A stretch of 63,504 nucleotides of DNA, the filler included, from Octopus bimaculoides (taxonomy: Eukaryota), in NCBI RefSeq assembly GCF_001194135.2. It is 4 parts of 4 records of this genome, joined end to end, with 100 filler letters (N's around TTAATTAATTAA, not from the genome) between each part and the next. Parts side by side here need not be neighbours in the genome. Positions count along the whole stretch, not along the records: positions 1 to 25,688 come from NC_068993.1; 3 more parts are not named here. One strand, written 5' to 3'. The notes below the pieces were generated by a model, which saw nothing but the letters and a program-made list of their open reading frames with translations, made no database searches and was not told where the DNA came from. The translations under genes were made by a program, and so were the position numbers. Every line of letters begins with the position of its first letter. Position 1 is the stretch's first letter. Below, one piece after another: positions 1 to 13,285 of this stretch.

Positions 1-211
1 ATGTCTTGATCGATAGACACACAGTGAGAGTAGTTCCATCCATTGTTAACTAAAAAGGGCAAGTGACAGCTCCTGGATGTTCTCAATTGATTTCCAGTCC
101 CTGGATGTCTTGATCGATAGACACACAGTGAGAGTAGTTCCATCCATTGTTAACTAAAAAGGGCAAGTGACAGCTCCTGGATGTTCTCAATTGATTTCCA
201 GTCCCTGGATG
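1..211. repeat. Exact 104-bp direct tandem duplication
   Basis: 1-104 is repeated identically at 105-208, followed by ATG. Confidence 0.95.
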
Positions 212-835
212 CTTTGTATTGAATAAGCAAGTGTCACCGCTGTGCTGCATCTGGAATAGAGTTGACGAAACCATTGCCCATATCACGAACGAATGATCCA
301 AAATCTTTACAGGTTGTGGCAACACGATGAGGTAGCGAACGGCAGTGAGTGCGAAACCGGAGACTTTGCAAAATCCTTTGTGATTTCCCAATCGAAAGAG
401 ATCAGGTGCTAGAGGATAGCAGACCGGACCTAGAACCACATATGCTGTACAGTTGATGTTGCGTGCCCCTTTGACCCACGAGTAGTCAAGAAGAAAAACG
501 AAAAAATTAGAGATATAAAATCTTAAGTAGAAATTGCCCGACTATGGAAAATGAAGAAGGTGACAATAGTGACAATTATTGTTGGGTCCTTGCGGAGAGT
601 GTCAGAAAGTATCAAGAAGAATATAAAGGAAATCAGAATAGAGTGCCCAATAGAACTGTTACAAAAGATTTGCCTGCTTGGCATCGCCAGTATAATCAGG
701 AAAGTATTTGATAGTTGAAAAGAACAGATATTATGGTACCGTAGGCTGCAGGCAGCAAACCCACAACGCGTACAAGTCTGCAGCAGTTTCAAAAAATCTT
801 GAGAGAAAGTAAAAACAATAATGATAATAATAAAA
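212..835 (+). mobile_element. 3' fragment of an RLE-type (R4/Dong-like) non-LTR retrotransposon with (AAT)n tail
   Basis: Frameshifted translation gives ETIAHITNE...VDVACPFDPRVVKK...LKVEIARLWKMKKVTIVTIIVGSL...IELLQKICLLGIASIIRKVFDS*, a CCHC knuckle plus restriction-like endonuclease C-terminus. A short 3'UTR and AATAATGATAATAAT follow. Confidence 0.8.
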
Positions 836-840
836 TTGTG

Positions 841-990
841 AAGAAGAAGGAGAAGAAGAAGAAGAAGAAGAAGAAGAAGAAGAAGAAGAAGAAGAAGAAG
901 AAGAAGAAGAAGAAGAAGAAGAAGAAGAAGAAGAAGAAGAAGAAGAAGAAGAAGAAGAAGAAGAAGAAGAAGAAGAAGAAGAAGAAGAAG
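841..990. repeat. (AAG)n microsatellite
   Basis: About 50 near-perfect AAG units; source of the poly-K/poly-F/poly-S ORFs. Confidence 0.97.
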
Positions 991-1279
991 GTAATGATGA
1001 TGATGGTTTCGAACACAGGACAGAGCCAGAAAGTTCAGAGTAGAAGAATAATCGATATAAAATTATTCTAAATTGTGAGTGGTTCATTCTTGTGTCGAAC
1101 GCGGATTGATGAATAACGAAGTGTATCTCAGCAGCTTTGACTTCCAGCTTTGGACATAAAAAAAAAAAAAATCGAAGAGTGCCGCCAGACAATTTATCCA
1201 GCGAAACACAATTACTAGAAGACAAAACAATTATGGTTAGTAATACTAGTGCTAACAGCGCTCCGTCTCTCATTAACAC

Positions 1280-1311
1280 TAGCACCATCACTACTACCAC
1301 GACGAGTATTT

Positions 1312-1342
<31 letters not shown>

Positions 1343-1479
1343 AACTGTGGCGAAACGGTACTGGCAAGACTGACCGCTATCACCGACAACAGCAACAAGA
1401 TCTGCTTCTTGGTCATCTACTCCTGCTGCTGCTGCTACTACTACTACTGCTTCTGCTTCTGTTTCTACTACTACTACTG

Positions 1480-1510
<31 letters not shown>

Positions 1511-1665
1511 AACTACTACTACTAATACTAACAATAATAATAATAATAATATTAATAATAATAATATCACTACTATTACTGCTGCTGCTGACACTGCTGC
1601 CAACGTGACCACTACTGCTGCTGCTACTACTACCACCACCACCACCACCACCACCACAATAACAG
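1280..1665. repeat. Compound trinucleotide microsatellite (GAC/CTA/ATA/CAC)
   Basis: Successive trinucleotide runs; source of homopolymeric ORFs. Confidence 0.9.
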
Positions 1666-1792
1666 CAACTTCGAAGACCTTTGAGGTCAATATGTCGCGT
1701 AAACACTAAATTTTAAATCGATATTTGTCATGTTGACCAGACAATAGAAGTAGTCTTGTACAACGTACACAGACCGACGCACATGCACACAG

Positions 1793-1824
<32 letters not shown>

Positions 1825-1864
1825 TCACACACTGATACGCAGTCACAAACAAAAAACAATATTC

Positions 1865-1902
<38 letters not shown>

Positions 1903-2879
1903 GGATGGATGGATGGATGGATAGATAGATACAAACATAGAAGGAAATAGATAAACACAAATGTATAGAAATATGTCCAAATATATGCACGTGCGTATGA
2001 ATGTATGTGTGTGCACAAGCATGTAGGAAGTACGTATGTGTATGTGGGTGTGTATATATGCATGCTTGTCCGTATATCTATATGCATGTATATATTTATG
2101 TATGTGTACATAAAAGAAAATTTCGATTTAACACGACGCATGTTAATAAAGCTTTCAAGAGTTTAGGTTGTCACCGACATAAACCCATACATACGTATAT
2201 ACACGTTTGTGTTTGTGTGTGTGTGTATGCGTGCACATAATCGTAGTATGCCCAGCTCCAGGAGAAATTCGTTTCGTAGGTACAAGTTCCAGGGTATGCA
2301 CGTACATGCATGAGAAGACATACATAAAACAAAGCATACAATTCTGCACGTATACATACATACATACTTACATAAATACATACATACATACATACATACA
2401 TACATACATACATCCATACATACTGACATACATGCATACATACATACATACATATATACATACATACCCTGTTGTAGATGTTGAAATTCCAATGAAGTAG
2501 ATTTGGGTCAAGGTTAGGAACCGACTCCTTTTCTGTTGGCAAGAATACATACATNNNNNNNNNNNNNNNNNNNNNNNNNNNNNNNNNNNNNNNNNNNNNN
2601 NNNNNNNNNNNNNNNNNNNNNNNNNNNNNNNNNNNNNNNNNNNNNNNNNNNNNNNNNNNNNNNNNNNNNNNNNNNNNNNNNNNNNNNNNNNNNNNNNNNN
2701 NNNNNNNNNNNNNNNNNNNNNNNNNNNNNNNNNNNNNNNNNNNNNNNNNNNNNNNNNNNNNNNNNNNNNNNNNNNNNNNNNNNNNNNNNNNNNNNNNNNN
2801 NNNNNNNNNNNNNNNNNNNNNNNNNNNNNNNNNNNNNNNNNNNNNNNNNNNNNNNNNNNNNNNNNNNNNNNNNNNNNNA

Positions 2880-3110
2880 CAGTGTTTTGAAAAAACACCC
2901 ACACAGATTGCACCTCTGATTTGCACTACCAATACCTGCAAGTAAGTTCTGCTCATTGTGGATCCTAACATGTCTTTTAAGACCCCCATTGGATTTGCAA
3001 ACCCTCTGGCACACGCCACATTCAAACGTGTGCAAAGACATATAATCAGAATAGCTGGATGAGGTTTGTTTTCCATGGGTTCGCAGGTGAGATTTGAGGC
3101 CAGCCAAGGA
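2880..3110 (-). pseudogene. Tandem C2H2 zinc-finger fragment, probably a retroelement terminus
   Basis: SLAGLKSHLRTH; FECGVCQRVCKSNGGLKRHVRIH; CNLCGCFFKTL (runs into gap). No TGEKP linkers; abuts a (TACA)n tract. Confidence 0.65.
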
Positions 3111-3124
3111 CATACATACATACA

Positions 3125-3158
<34 letters not shown>

Positions 3159-3229
3159 CATACATGCATGCATACATGCATGCATGCATACATACATGCA
3201 TACATACATGCATGTATACAGGAAGATGA

Positions 3230-3665
3230 TAACGAAAAAGGAAACACGTACAAGCGAAGTTGACTATATTGAGACCGATGGTCAGAAGAATTTTGGACGA
3301 ACTTAAAATTTAAAGCAGTCACCAAGTTAAAACACAACGGAGCGAACATTATATGGGACCACAAGAAAATGAATATGTTTTGTTGTGGAAATCAGCTACC
3401 CTCCGGTCATAGATGTAATTAGAAAAATACAAGAGGAAGAAATTTAGGGACCATTGATATGGCCTTTGCAAACCCAGTACAGATGGTACACTTTCAACAC
3501 CCTCCCTAGTATTATTATTGTAGCAACAAGATACATACCAACCCGGTTGGAGCAAAGCACGACTAAATTTGGGATCTTGAGGGAGAACATGGATCCTTAC
3601 TTCATACATTACAATTGAACATCATATCTGGGAGTATAAGAACTTACAAGACCGTCTTAAGATTT
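3230..3665 (+). mobile_element. Degenerate RLE-type non-LTR retrotransposon C-terminus
   Basis: Mosaic translation KHNGANIIWDHKK...FVVEISYP...GPLI...IIIVATRYIP...LQLNIISGSIRTYKTVLRF* resembles a PD-(D/E)xK endonuclease end. Confidence 0.6.
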
Positions 3666-5656
3666 AAAAGATGTTAGTTAAAACAAGATACTCTCTTCCT
3701 TCACAACGTAGCTTGTAGGTGGCCGGGGAAAATTGATTCTAAATTAAAAAGAAAAAGAGAACACTTACACACACAAATATATTTATATATACGTAAATGT
3801 CGAAGGCTGGAAATGAGTATATATNNNNNNNNNNNNNNNNNNNNNNNNNNNNNNNNNNNNNNNNNNNNNNNNNNNNNNNNNNNNNNNNNNNNNNNNNNNN
3901 NNNNNNNNNNNNNNNNNNNNNNNNNNNNNNNNNNNNNNNNNNNNNNNNNNNNNNNNNNNNNNNNNNNNNNNNNNNNNNNNNNNNNNNNNNNNNNNNNNNN
4001 NNNNNNNNNNNNNNNNNNNNNNNNNNNNNNNNNNNNNNNNNNNNNNNNNNNNNNNNNNNNNNNNNNNNNNNNNNNNNNNNNNNNNNNNNNNNNNNNNNNN
4101 NNNNNNNNNNNNNNNNNNNNNNNNNNNNNNNNNNNNNNNNNNATATATATATATATATATATACATACACACACATATATACTCATATCCGCTTGAAAGT
4201 GCTTATTTGCTACCTTCTCGTTTTCAGTATTTATACACACATGCAGCTACGATGAGACATATAAATATACATAAACAGACTGAAAGCTATAAACATTTGA
4301 ACAGGCACACACCCAGAAAATTCTGTCCTCGTTGACAGCTTTGGTCCATTGATCTTAATAAGGAATTTCCCATAAAATGCAACTTAAAATAATGGACGAG
4401 TTTCGATTGCTAGGAAAAGTAAACGAAATAAAAATATAATGATCGACATGATGATGATGAAGATGAGGAGGAGGTGGGGATGAAGTGGTGGTGGTAGTGG
4501 CGGTTCTGGTGTTCTTGGTAGCGTTAATGGTGGTGAAAGTTGCTGTGGTGCCGTGGGCAGCGGTGATGTTTGTGAGAATGAATACATGTCAAGCAAATGC
4601 CGAGTGGAAGAATGTAAGAAAAAAGAAATAAAAACGAAAGTAAAAACACAGTATGATTTTTAGAGCAGCACATGACAACAAATACTATGAGCATAGCATA
4701 TTTGGTCTGAATAAGTTTTTTGTGGTCTCACAAACCTCACTACCACCACCATTACATAGTGAACTGACCGGCTCTTCGTGGAGTTTGATGATTGACATAA
4801 AACTTATTGGAGTCTGCAAGAACAACATGTGGAATACATAAAACATATACAAAAATACACGCCAAATACATACATGCATACATACGTGTATATATAGGTC
4901 TGTATATATATATATATATATATATATNNNNNNNNNNNNNNNNNNNNNNNNNNNNNNNNNNNNNNNNNNNNNNNNNNNNNNNNNNNNNNNNNNNNNNNNN
5001 NNNNNNNNNNNNNNNNNNNNNNNNNNNNNNNNNNNNNNNNNNNNNNNNNNNNNNNNNNNNNNNNNNNNNNNNNNNNNNNNNNNNNNNNNNNNNNNNNNNN
5101 NNNNNNNNNNNNNNNNNNNNNNNNNNNNNNNNNNNNNNNNNNNNNNNNNNNNNNNNNNNNNNNNNNNNNNNNNNNNNNNNNNNNNNNNNNNNNNNNNNNN
5201 NNNNNNNNNNNNNNNNNNNNNNNNNNNNNNNNNNNNNNNNNNNNNNNNNNNNNNNNNNNNNNNNNNNNNNNNNNNNNNNNNNNNNNNNNNNNNNTATATA
5301 TATATATATATATATGTAAATATGTAGTTTTTTGTATTTGTATATATCACTGTTTGTTTCTATGTTCATGTACAATCACAACAATTTAACATTGATCTTT
5401 TGGTTACTCTATACTCACGTAGAGTACACATCTATTATTCTTAAACAACTATGTTGCTGTCAGTGACTTCGAAGTTTCGGCCACCAAAGTCATCCTGAGC
5501 AGTCCGAAGATGACATAGCTTAACGGTGCCACGAACCTCTCTGTTTGTAATTGCGTCTACATAACTGAAAACATATACCAAAAGCATGTTAGTTGTTCAA
5601 ACTATAGTTGCTAACGATTTGTAGGAATTCAAAAGTGTAGCTGTATTTGGTGTGTA

Positions 5657-6353
5657 CGGAGTGTCCGGGCTAAAATTGATAGCCTGCGTAAAAGGAATAC
5701 AAAGTACAATTTGCCATCTAAAAATAAAAGTATTTAAAAAATTCAAACAATATCAAATTGATTATGGCTGGGAGATAACAGTTTACTGAAAGTAGCATCC
5801 TCAGCTTCCACCTCGGTCTCAAGACGGATCTGGAAACTGGCGCATGCATTCCACAGTGTCCTTGGGAAGATCTTCGAATGTCTCTATATTTGATGTTGCA
5901 GGCAGAGCGGTTGGCGTCTTCTGGCAGCAACACTCTCCAACCAAGGATTGAACGGTCTCCAGTATCTTCCCGTCTGAATTGAGCCCAAGGTCCTCTTCAG
6001 AGATGTGAGGATGGACTCCAGCGTGCGGACGCTGTCAGAAAACTTGTTATGTCCATTCCTGCTATCCACGTCTCCTTAGTTTCTAGTGCAACTGTCCATA
6101 TCACATCTTACAAAGCAATGAACAGCGGTCCTGGTGTCGGCATTTTGATACCCAGCGTGAATTGTCATGGTATTAGTAACACTTGTCCAATATTCTATTG
6201 ACTGCTTCCAATTATCTTCGTCAGCTAACATTTTCTCAACTACGTCTTTAATCTTTATGCACTCCAATGCCATTGACTGTTCATTAATGCATCAAGCTAT
6301 TCCTGAAAAAAAGGGAGGCATATGTAATTGACGGATTTAGCTCGAACACCTTG
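5657..6353 (-). mobile_element. Internally deleted Tc1/mariner (maT/DD37D-like) transposon relic
   Basis: Imperfect TIRs CGGAGTGTCCGGGCTAAA / TTTAGCTCGAACACCTTG, each flanked by TA. Internal frameshifted transposase pieces: VHPHISEEDLGLNSDG, ILETV, NPWLESVAARR, TLWNACASFQIRLETEVEAE. Confidence 0.75.
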
Positions 6354-7502
6354 TATATTTCTGTGCCCAGAACTGTGTATCGGTATATATAACGTGATGC
6401 TATGAGAAATCATTCTGTATATGCGTGTGCGTATGTGCGATAACTACTTATTTTACTTACTTTCAACAAATAAATTATTGATTCTATATTTGCTAAAAGA
6501 CACTAGCTATAATGATAGTGAATTGCACTTAAGAAATTTTTTTAGAATTCTGATCTGTTACTGTTCAAATTATTTAGCAATTTTAACGTTCTCCATTCGG
6601 CAAGTTAGTAAAATAAATTGTTTATTACAAATCTGTATTGTTCAATATTTTCTTTATTATTACGCTATCAAAATAGATACATACAAAATAGAGACTTATA
6701 ACAACGTGAATAGTCAACTATTTCAGTTATAGACAAATTTAAATTTTAGCCAAATAAAATGAACGAGAGTGTTTGAAGAGAAGAGAAGAGAAGAGAAGTT
6801 AGTACACATACTGAAGTATATTCACGTATTGGCGCGTCAAACTATTTCTTTTAAAATTTAAGCATTGTTCGAAATGCTTGTTATAGACATAATTTTTAGT
6901 TGCTTGAACAGATAACTATGTAGATAAAAATGAAGCTTGAAACTATTTACTGTTGATACAATATAAATTTTACCACACAAATTGTTTAATTGTATTTTAA
7001 CATAATATAATCTGACTTTTCAATGAAATAACTATTATTTCAGCAATTATTTGGGAGAATGGAAATGCAAGGCAGAAAAAAGAAAACCAAACACATCATG
7101 TAATGTATTTTTTTAAAGCTGAAGCGATTATCTTAGCTTCTAGTCTTATATTAATGATGCTTCTGTAGAAATTCTTGTCATTTCCCTTATACTGGGAAAG
7201 AAAAAAAAAAAGAAAAAATTTAGAAAAACAAAAATCTCTGTTAGTGTTAGTTCGTACATTTAAACTATTTTTTGGATTATGTCATAAAATAAATCCTGGT
7301 TCCTTTTAATGTGTCGGAATTGTGTATCTGTTAGCGTATTTTATTTTATTAAACCTACTATGTGGAAAAAACATTACTATAATATTGCGACGTTGTTCTA
7401 AAAATACGAAACAGTAATGTACATAAACACATCTGGAGAATGATTATTGAATTGTACAAATACTGGAGATTTTGTTTCGTAGAATGTTGTGTAGGTGATA
7501 AT

Positions 7503-7870
7503 TGTCGGTGGTTAGGGCAGCGGACTCGCGGTCATAGGATCGTGGTTTCGATTCCCAGACCGGCGTTGTGAGTGCTTATTGAGCAAAAACACCTAAAGCT
7601 CTACGAAGTTCCGGCAGGAGATAGTGGCGAACCCTGCTGTACTCTTTCACCATAACTTTCTCTCACTCTTACTTCCTGTTTCTGTTGTGCCTGTAATTCA
7701 AAGGGCCAGTCTTGTCACACTGTGTCTCGCTGAATATTCCTGAGAACTACGTTAAGAGTACACGTGTCTGTGGAGTGCTCAGCCACTTGCACGTTAATTT
7801 CACGAGCAGGCTGTTCCGTTGATCGGATCAACTGGTACCCTCGACGTCGTAAGCGACGGAGTGCCAACAA
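7503..7870 (+). mobile_element. tRNA-derived SINE (family A in this window)
   Basis: tRNA-like head with B-box-like GGTTTCGATTCC; colinear with 18087-18430; (AAC/AAT) tail. Confidence 0.85.
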
Positions 7871-9427
7871 CAACAATAATTGTGTATGATTTCACTGATT
7901 GATTTTTCAAAAGGTTTTCTATGATGAAACAAAACATTCTTACCTAAGTTTAAGACACTACGCAAAACATTAACCATGAACGAACACTGGAATTGATGTA
8001 ATCGATTTACATTCTCTCCCGTAAATCCTGGCCTGGTACTAAAATTTGAAACCAATATTGCCAGCATAAACCAAATTGATTAAATGATTTTTTTAATGCC
8101 ATTTGTAACTCGATGTAATTCATGATCATTTGTATTTCTTTAAGAATATGTTTCTCTTCATACACCTCCCCGTAATGTAAAAAATCATTAATGGAAAAGT
8201 GATTCCAGAACATTTCGCTTACTTCATCATCAGCATACGATGTTAGAGTGAATCATAAAATCATCTATCTCTGCTTTTTAGCCACCTCCGGAATTTGTGC
8301 AAATGATAAGTTTAGATGTAGAACAAGTGATTGCTCTTAAATAAAAACGATCTAGAATTATTGTGAACGTCTTTTCAATTTGGTGAAATTAGTAATCACA
8401 ACGGAGTTAGGGAATGTCGACAATAGATTTCAAAGCTCGTTAAGCAAAAATTTAACATCATTACGTAATTTCTTCAACGTCTAGTTATCAGGAAACGAAT
8501 TGAAAACATTATGGCACAGAAGACAATACATTTCAAAAAGTCTTATCAAATAACTATTACAAACATTTAGATAAATATAGCACAACTCCATAAGCGAAGT
8601 AGAATATTTAGTCTCTTACATAACATAGAGCTACTTTTTGGTGATAAATCTGAATGCAGGTGAATCAATACAATTAATACCGATTTGGATGTAGTAGTCA
8701 TGCAGACATGTCCAAATGCAGTTATACTTTGAATAAACAAATGTAATTTGTTTCTAATGTGACAATTTTATCCCAGTAAAAGAATGGTTTAGTTGTATTA
8801 GCAATAAACAACACTGTAAATATAATCAGGTTCATACTAGCAAATATTAGCTTTTTTATATGAAAACCCTTCTTGAAGTTGTAACTGTTTCCAACTGCAG
8901 GTTACAAAATATTGAATTTAATATTTACATAATTTAGAATGTTTGTATATCCATTTGGTTATTCAGAATGAATCCTAGGTCATTGATAAAGCTGATATGA
9001 ATTCTTTAATGCATCTATTGATTCGCATGCAGGGTTGGTATATACGCAATGATAAAAAGCTTCATCACAGATCATTTACGTTAAAGATTTCCTGCATATC
9101 AACTCGGTCAATGCAGAAATTACATCTCCGTAATATACTGCAATATAACCGCTCGTGAATTAGACAGATTTAGAAGAGATCCCCAATAAATCATTTAATA
9201 AATAGGTTTATGAATTACAGTTAACACTAATCTTAATATAATTAATTCTATAGAAATTAACTTAAATTTAGATAGGAATAAATTTTGTCATTATCGAAAA
9301 GGTAACGAAATATTATTAAGTAAGAAATTCAATCATCTATCCAATATTCTGGGGAATTAAATCCTTAACATTGCGAAGCGCTCATTCCTCATTACCTTCA
9401 AATTAGGTTACCTTTCATTAGCGTTGA

Positions 9428-9447
9428 TAATAATAGTAATAATAATA

Positions 9448-9484
<37 letters not shown>

Positions 9485-9532
9485 CGACGACGACGATGAT
9501 GATGATGATGATGATGCAGATGATGATGATGA
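9428..9532. repeat. (AAT)/(GAT)n microsatellite
   Basis: Direct inspection. Confidence 0.95.
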
Positions 9533-11635
9533 AATGACTCTCTAGAGATAAAATACAATGTACGATAGGATTTAATTATTCCTAGAAACAAAAATAAACA
9601 AAGAAATATTTTGTGGTATAAGGCAACTTATAGTTTAAACGTACAGACAAATATCAGAAATTGTCAGAATGGACTTTATTCAAATTTCTCAATGCATCTT
9701 TCGTATGAGATTTTCAAAAGACACATGATTTACGGTATACTACTCTTGCTCTAAAACATTTGCGGGTTCAATTAGCGATTTATTCATTTGATTAACTTGC
9801 CGTTGGTGAGACGTAAAACAGTATTTAAATTCAAAGACATTTTGAGAATGTATATAAGTGCATATACCTTTGACTTCATAAAGATTCTAAGAGATATTTC
9901 TAGTTCATGGAAAGTGTAACAGACCGGACGTTACGAACAGTAGGTGGTATTTTGAGACAAATTATAGTCGAACGCCTTAACGGAAGATACGACACGAGAC
10001 CTCCGAGCTCTATTTCTCCATGCAGTACATTGGCTTTTAATTCACGTATAATCTTTCAATCTGTGCGACTCTCTTGCCCGTGGAATGTATTTAATGTCTA
10101 GATCTCGTTGCAAGTATTACGCAATTTACAACTCACAACGTTTTGTTTTATTTTTGATCGAACATATGTGTATATGTGTGCATATATATATATCGTATAC
10201 ATATATGTATATACATGTGTGTGTGTGTTCGTGTATGCGCACGCGCGCGTGTGCATCTATGTTTGTCTGTATGCATACATGTATGAGACTTTCACTGAAG
10301 TATATTCGTGAAAGTTATACAGCACACGAATATATGCTTGTACGCGTCATTGCATACATTTATGCAATCATATATACACTCACACTACACACTACACACA
10401 CACACGCATATATACATACATATATATATGTATATGCATATAGATATATAAAGGATAAGTCAACGTAAGCTTATGGTAGAAAATATTCTCCAGACGTAAC
10501 GTGTACAAAGATTGAACGAAATAACAGTTCGGAAACGAATATCTTGACAACGCCATCATGCCTTTCCTTATATTAATTGAAGCTCTATTAAAAAGTAAAT
10601 AGATATCGGCTATGAAGTAATTTAGCAATGATATAATAAGGTTACTAAATGAAATACCAGTCTGGAGCTGGATTCGATCAACTATCATATTCCTTCGAAA
10701 TTGTTGACCATATGGATAATCGTAATATATGAATAATATGAAGAAGATCGTGCTTATGTTATATGAGACCAACTGCTGGAAAGTTTTAGTTTGTTTTTAT
10801 TCTTTTACTGATTTCTCTTCGAAATTACGCTAATGATATAAATATAGCACAATAGAACACTCACCGGAACAAAGTCTGCCAGAACCTAACATCTCTGGTA
10901 TAAAATAATGGCCCACAAATGTATATTTTACACACGAATAAAATGGCAGCTGTTATAACATTCATATTTTTCCTAAAAGAATTTATCAACGACGTAAATG
11001 AAACAGAATGGCTTCCTCTCTGTTGCACAAAATCTGCAGCGTATATATTGTCCTAGAATTCTCGCTATACAATATATCGTGACATTAATTGCATTGTAGA
11101 CTCAATAAACTATTGTCAGCGTTCCCATTATTGTACTTATAATACTTAATTAAATGTGTGAAATAAATTGTTAAGAAAATTGCAATTTTTGAACTGTTAA
11201 CTGTATATTTAGACAGGAAAACAATAGAGAATAGTATCTTATATATATCTATACAGTCGTTTTGTTTAGCCTAACCTTTAGTCGTCACCGAGATGATTAG
11301 ATTGGAGATAAATTATTTCACTGTTATTTCCAGCATGTTCTGCGAATGATTTCAAACTTTTTTCTAAGCGCAAGACAAGGAGTTATTGATATCTAAGGCC
11401 AGTGTTCTATTACAAGCAAGTGTATGAAAAATGTTAACTAATTCTCAGTTAATATTTTCCGAAGATATACATAGGAAATTAATTGGATTTAGTTCGCAGT
11501 CCAAATATTTACCAGCAAATTTGAATTGTTAAGAAGCTCACATAGTAAACGTTTCGTAACGGGTTCGAGCATTTAACGTGAACGCTTGGGCTAGTATATT
11601 CTGTGTCTTTTACTATATCCTTGGCGCCATAAGTA

Positions 11636-11750
11636 CAGTAATGCCTCGATATACGAGTTAAATTTTCCCGGTGATCGCTCGTAAGTCGAAAACTCGTAGA
11701 GCAGAGCAATGATTTCCCATAGTAGCAATGTTATGCATCTTAATTCGAAC
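11636..11750 (+). mobile_element. pogo/Tigger-like MITE end
   Basis: TA|CAGTAATGCCTCGATATACGAGT resembles Tigger-type TIRs; the other end was not found. Confidence 0.45.
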
Positions 11751-11879
11751 CCAGAAAATTATTTTAACTTTAAAATTTATATTACATGTAAATAAATAGA
11801 AATAAAACAACAGTAGAATGTTATATTCGTTTTCTGAATCACTTTTACTCGTATATATATATTCTTTTATTATTTTTTA

Positions 11880-12065
11880 CTTGTTTTAGTCATGCTGCAG
11901 CACCGCATTCAATCGAACAAATGGACCCCGAGACTTATACTTTGTAAGCCTAGTACTTATTCTTTCGGACTCTCTTGCCGAACCGCTAAGTTAAGGGGAC
12001 GTGAACACACCAGCATCGGTTTTCAAGCGATGCTGGATGGACAAACAGACACACAAAGATACATG
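11880..12065 (-). mobile_element. SINE family C, 3' part
   Basis: Reverse complement of the tail seen at 30880-31085. Confidence 0.85.
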
Positions 12066-12070
12066 TACAC

Positions 12071-12127
<57 letters not shown>

Positions 12128-12411
12128 NNNNNNNNNNNNNNNNNNNNNNNNNNNNNNNNNNNNNNNNNNNNNNNNNNNNNNNNNNNNNNNNNNNNNNNNN
12201 NNNNNNNNNNNNNNNNNNNNNNNNNNNNNNNNNNNNNNNNNNNNNNNNNNNNNNNNNNNNNNNNNNNNNNNNNNNNNNNNNNNNNNNNNNNNNNNNNNNN
12301 NNNNNNNNNNNNNNNNNNNNNNNNNNNNNNNNNNNNNNNNNNNNNNNNNNNNNNNNNNNNNNNNNNNNNNNNNNNNNNNNNNNNNNNNNNNNNNNNNNNN
12401 NNNNNNNNNNN

Positions 12412-12483
<72 letters not shown>

Positions 12484-13070
12484 ATACACACACACATACG
12501 AATAGATAAATGCATATCAAAACAGTTGCAGTTGCATTGAACTTCTGACCAATCAGTGGGCTGTCCCTTGGCGATATCTCGCCTACGATTTCTGCCTGCA
12601 ATAATTCTACAGATAAACTTAATAGAATGGACACTTAGGTTAATTAGGAAGCTGCTATCAATGTTCATATCGTCACACGAAGCTGATGTTGGCTGATGAT
12701 AGAATAAGCTACGCTTTCTGACAGGAAGGAAGGGATTTTAAGCTAACAGTGAACTGTAATAAAACAACTATTATGAAAACAGAAACAAAAAAATATATAT
12801 GTAGAAGAGCATAAGGGTACATTGATTAGTCTAATAAATACACAATGAGAAAATGAAGAGGAGAAGGAAAAGAAAATAAACCGCATTTCTCCTTAATGAA
12901 ATGCAATATTTAGTTAGATAATATATGTGTTTCACTGAAAAGTATATAAAGAAAATGAAACAAAATTAATAAAAGATGACATGCATGCATGCATGTATGT
13001 ATGTATGTATGTATATATACATGTGTGTAGATATCTGTCTATATATGCATAGAGACTGCTTTTTGTTACA

Positions 13071-13102
<32 letters not shown>

Positions 13103-13233
13103 NNNNNNNNNNNNNNNNNNNNNNNNNNNNNNNNNNNNNNNNNNNNNNNNNNNNNNNNNNNNNNNNNNNNNNNNNNNNNNNNNNNNNNATATACATATAT
13201 ACACGCACACACATCCACACACGCACACACACC

Positions 13234-13285
<52 letters not shown>

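Noticed and set aside
731-1706. Long ORFs with poly-V/S/K/L tracts
   Set aside because: Translations of trinucleotide microsatellites.
2255-2310. Minus-strand CTGGAAC...CTACGAAACG hammerhead-like trace
   Set aside because: Core and helices are too degenerate.
5460-5530. Minus-strand CTCAGGATGAC...GCCGAAAC motif and two short open frames
   Set aside because: Core G5 is missing and helices are poor; the frames have no homology or donor.
8007-10772. Hydrophobic minus-strand frames suggesting a decayed 7TM receptor
   Set aside because: No convincing family motif; AT-rich DNA readily gives hydrophobic translations.
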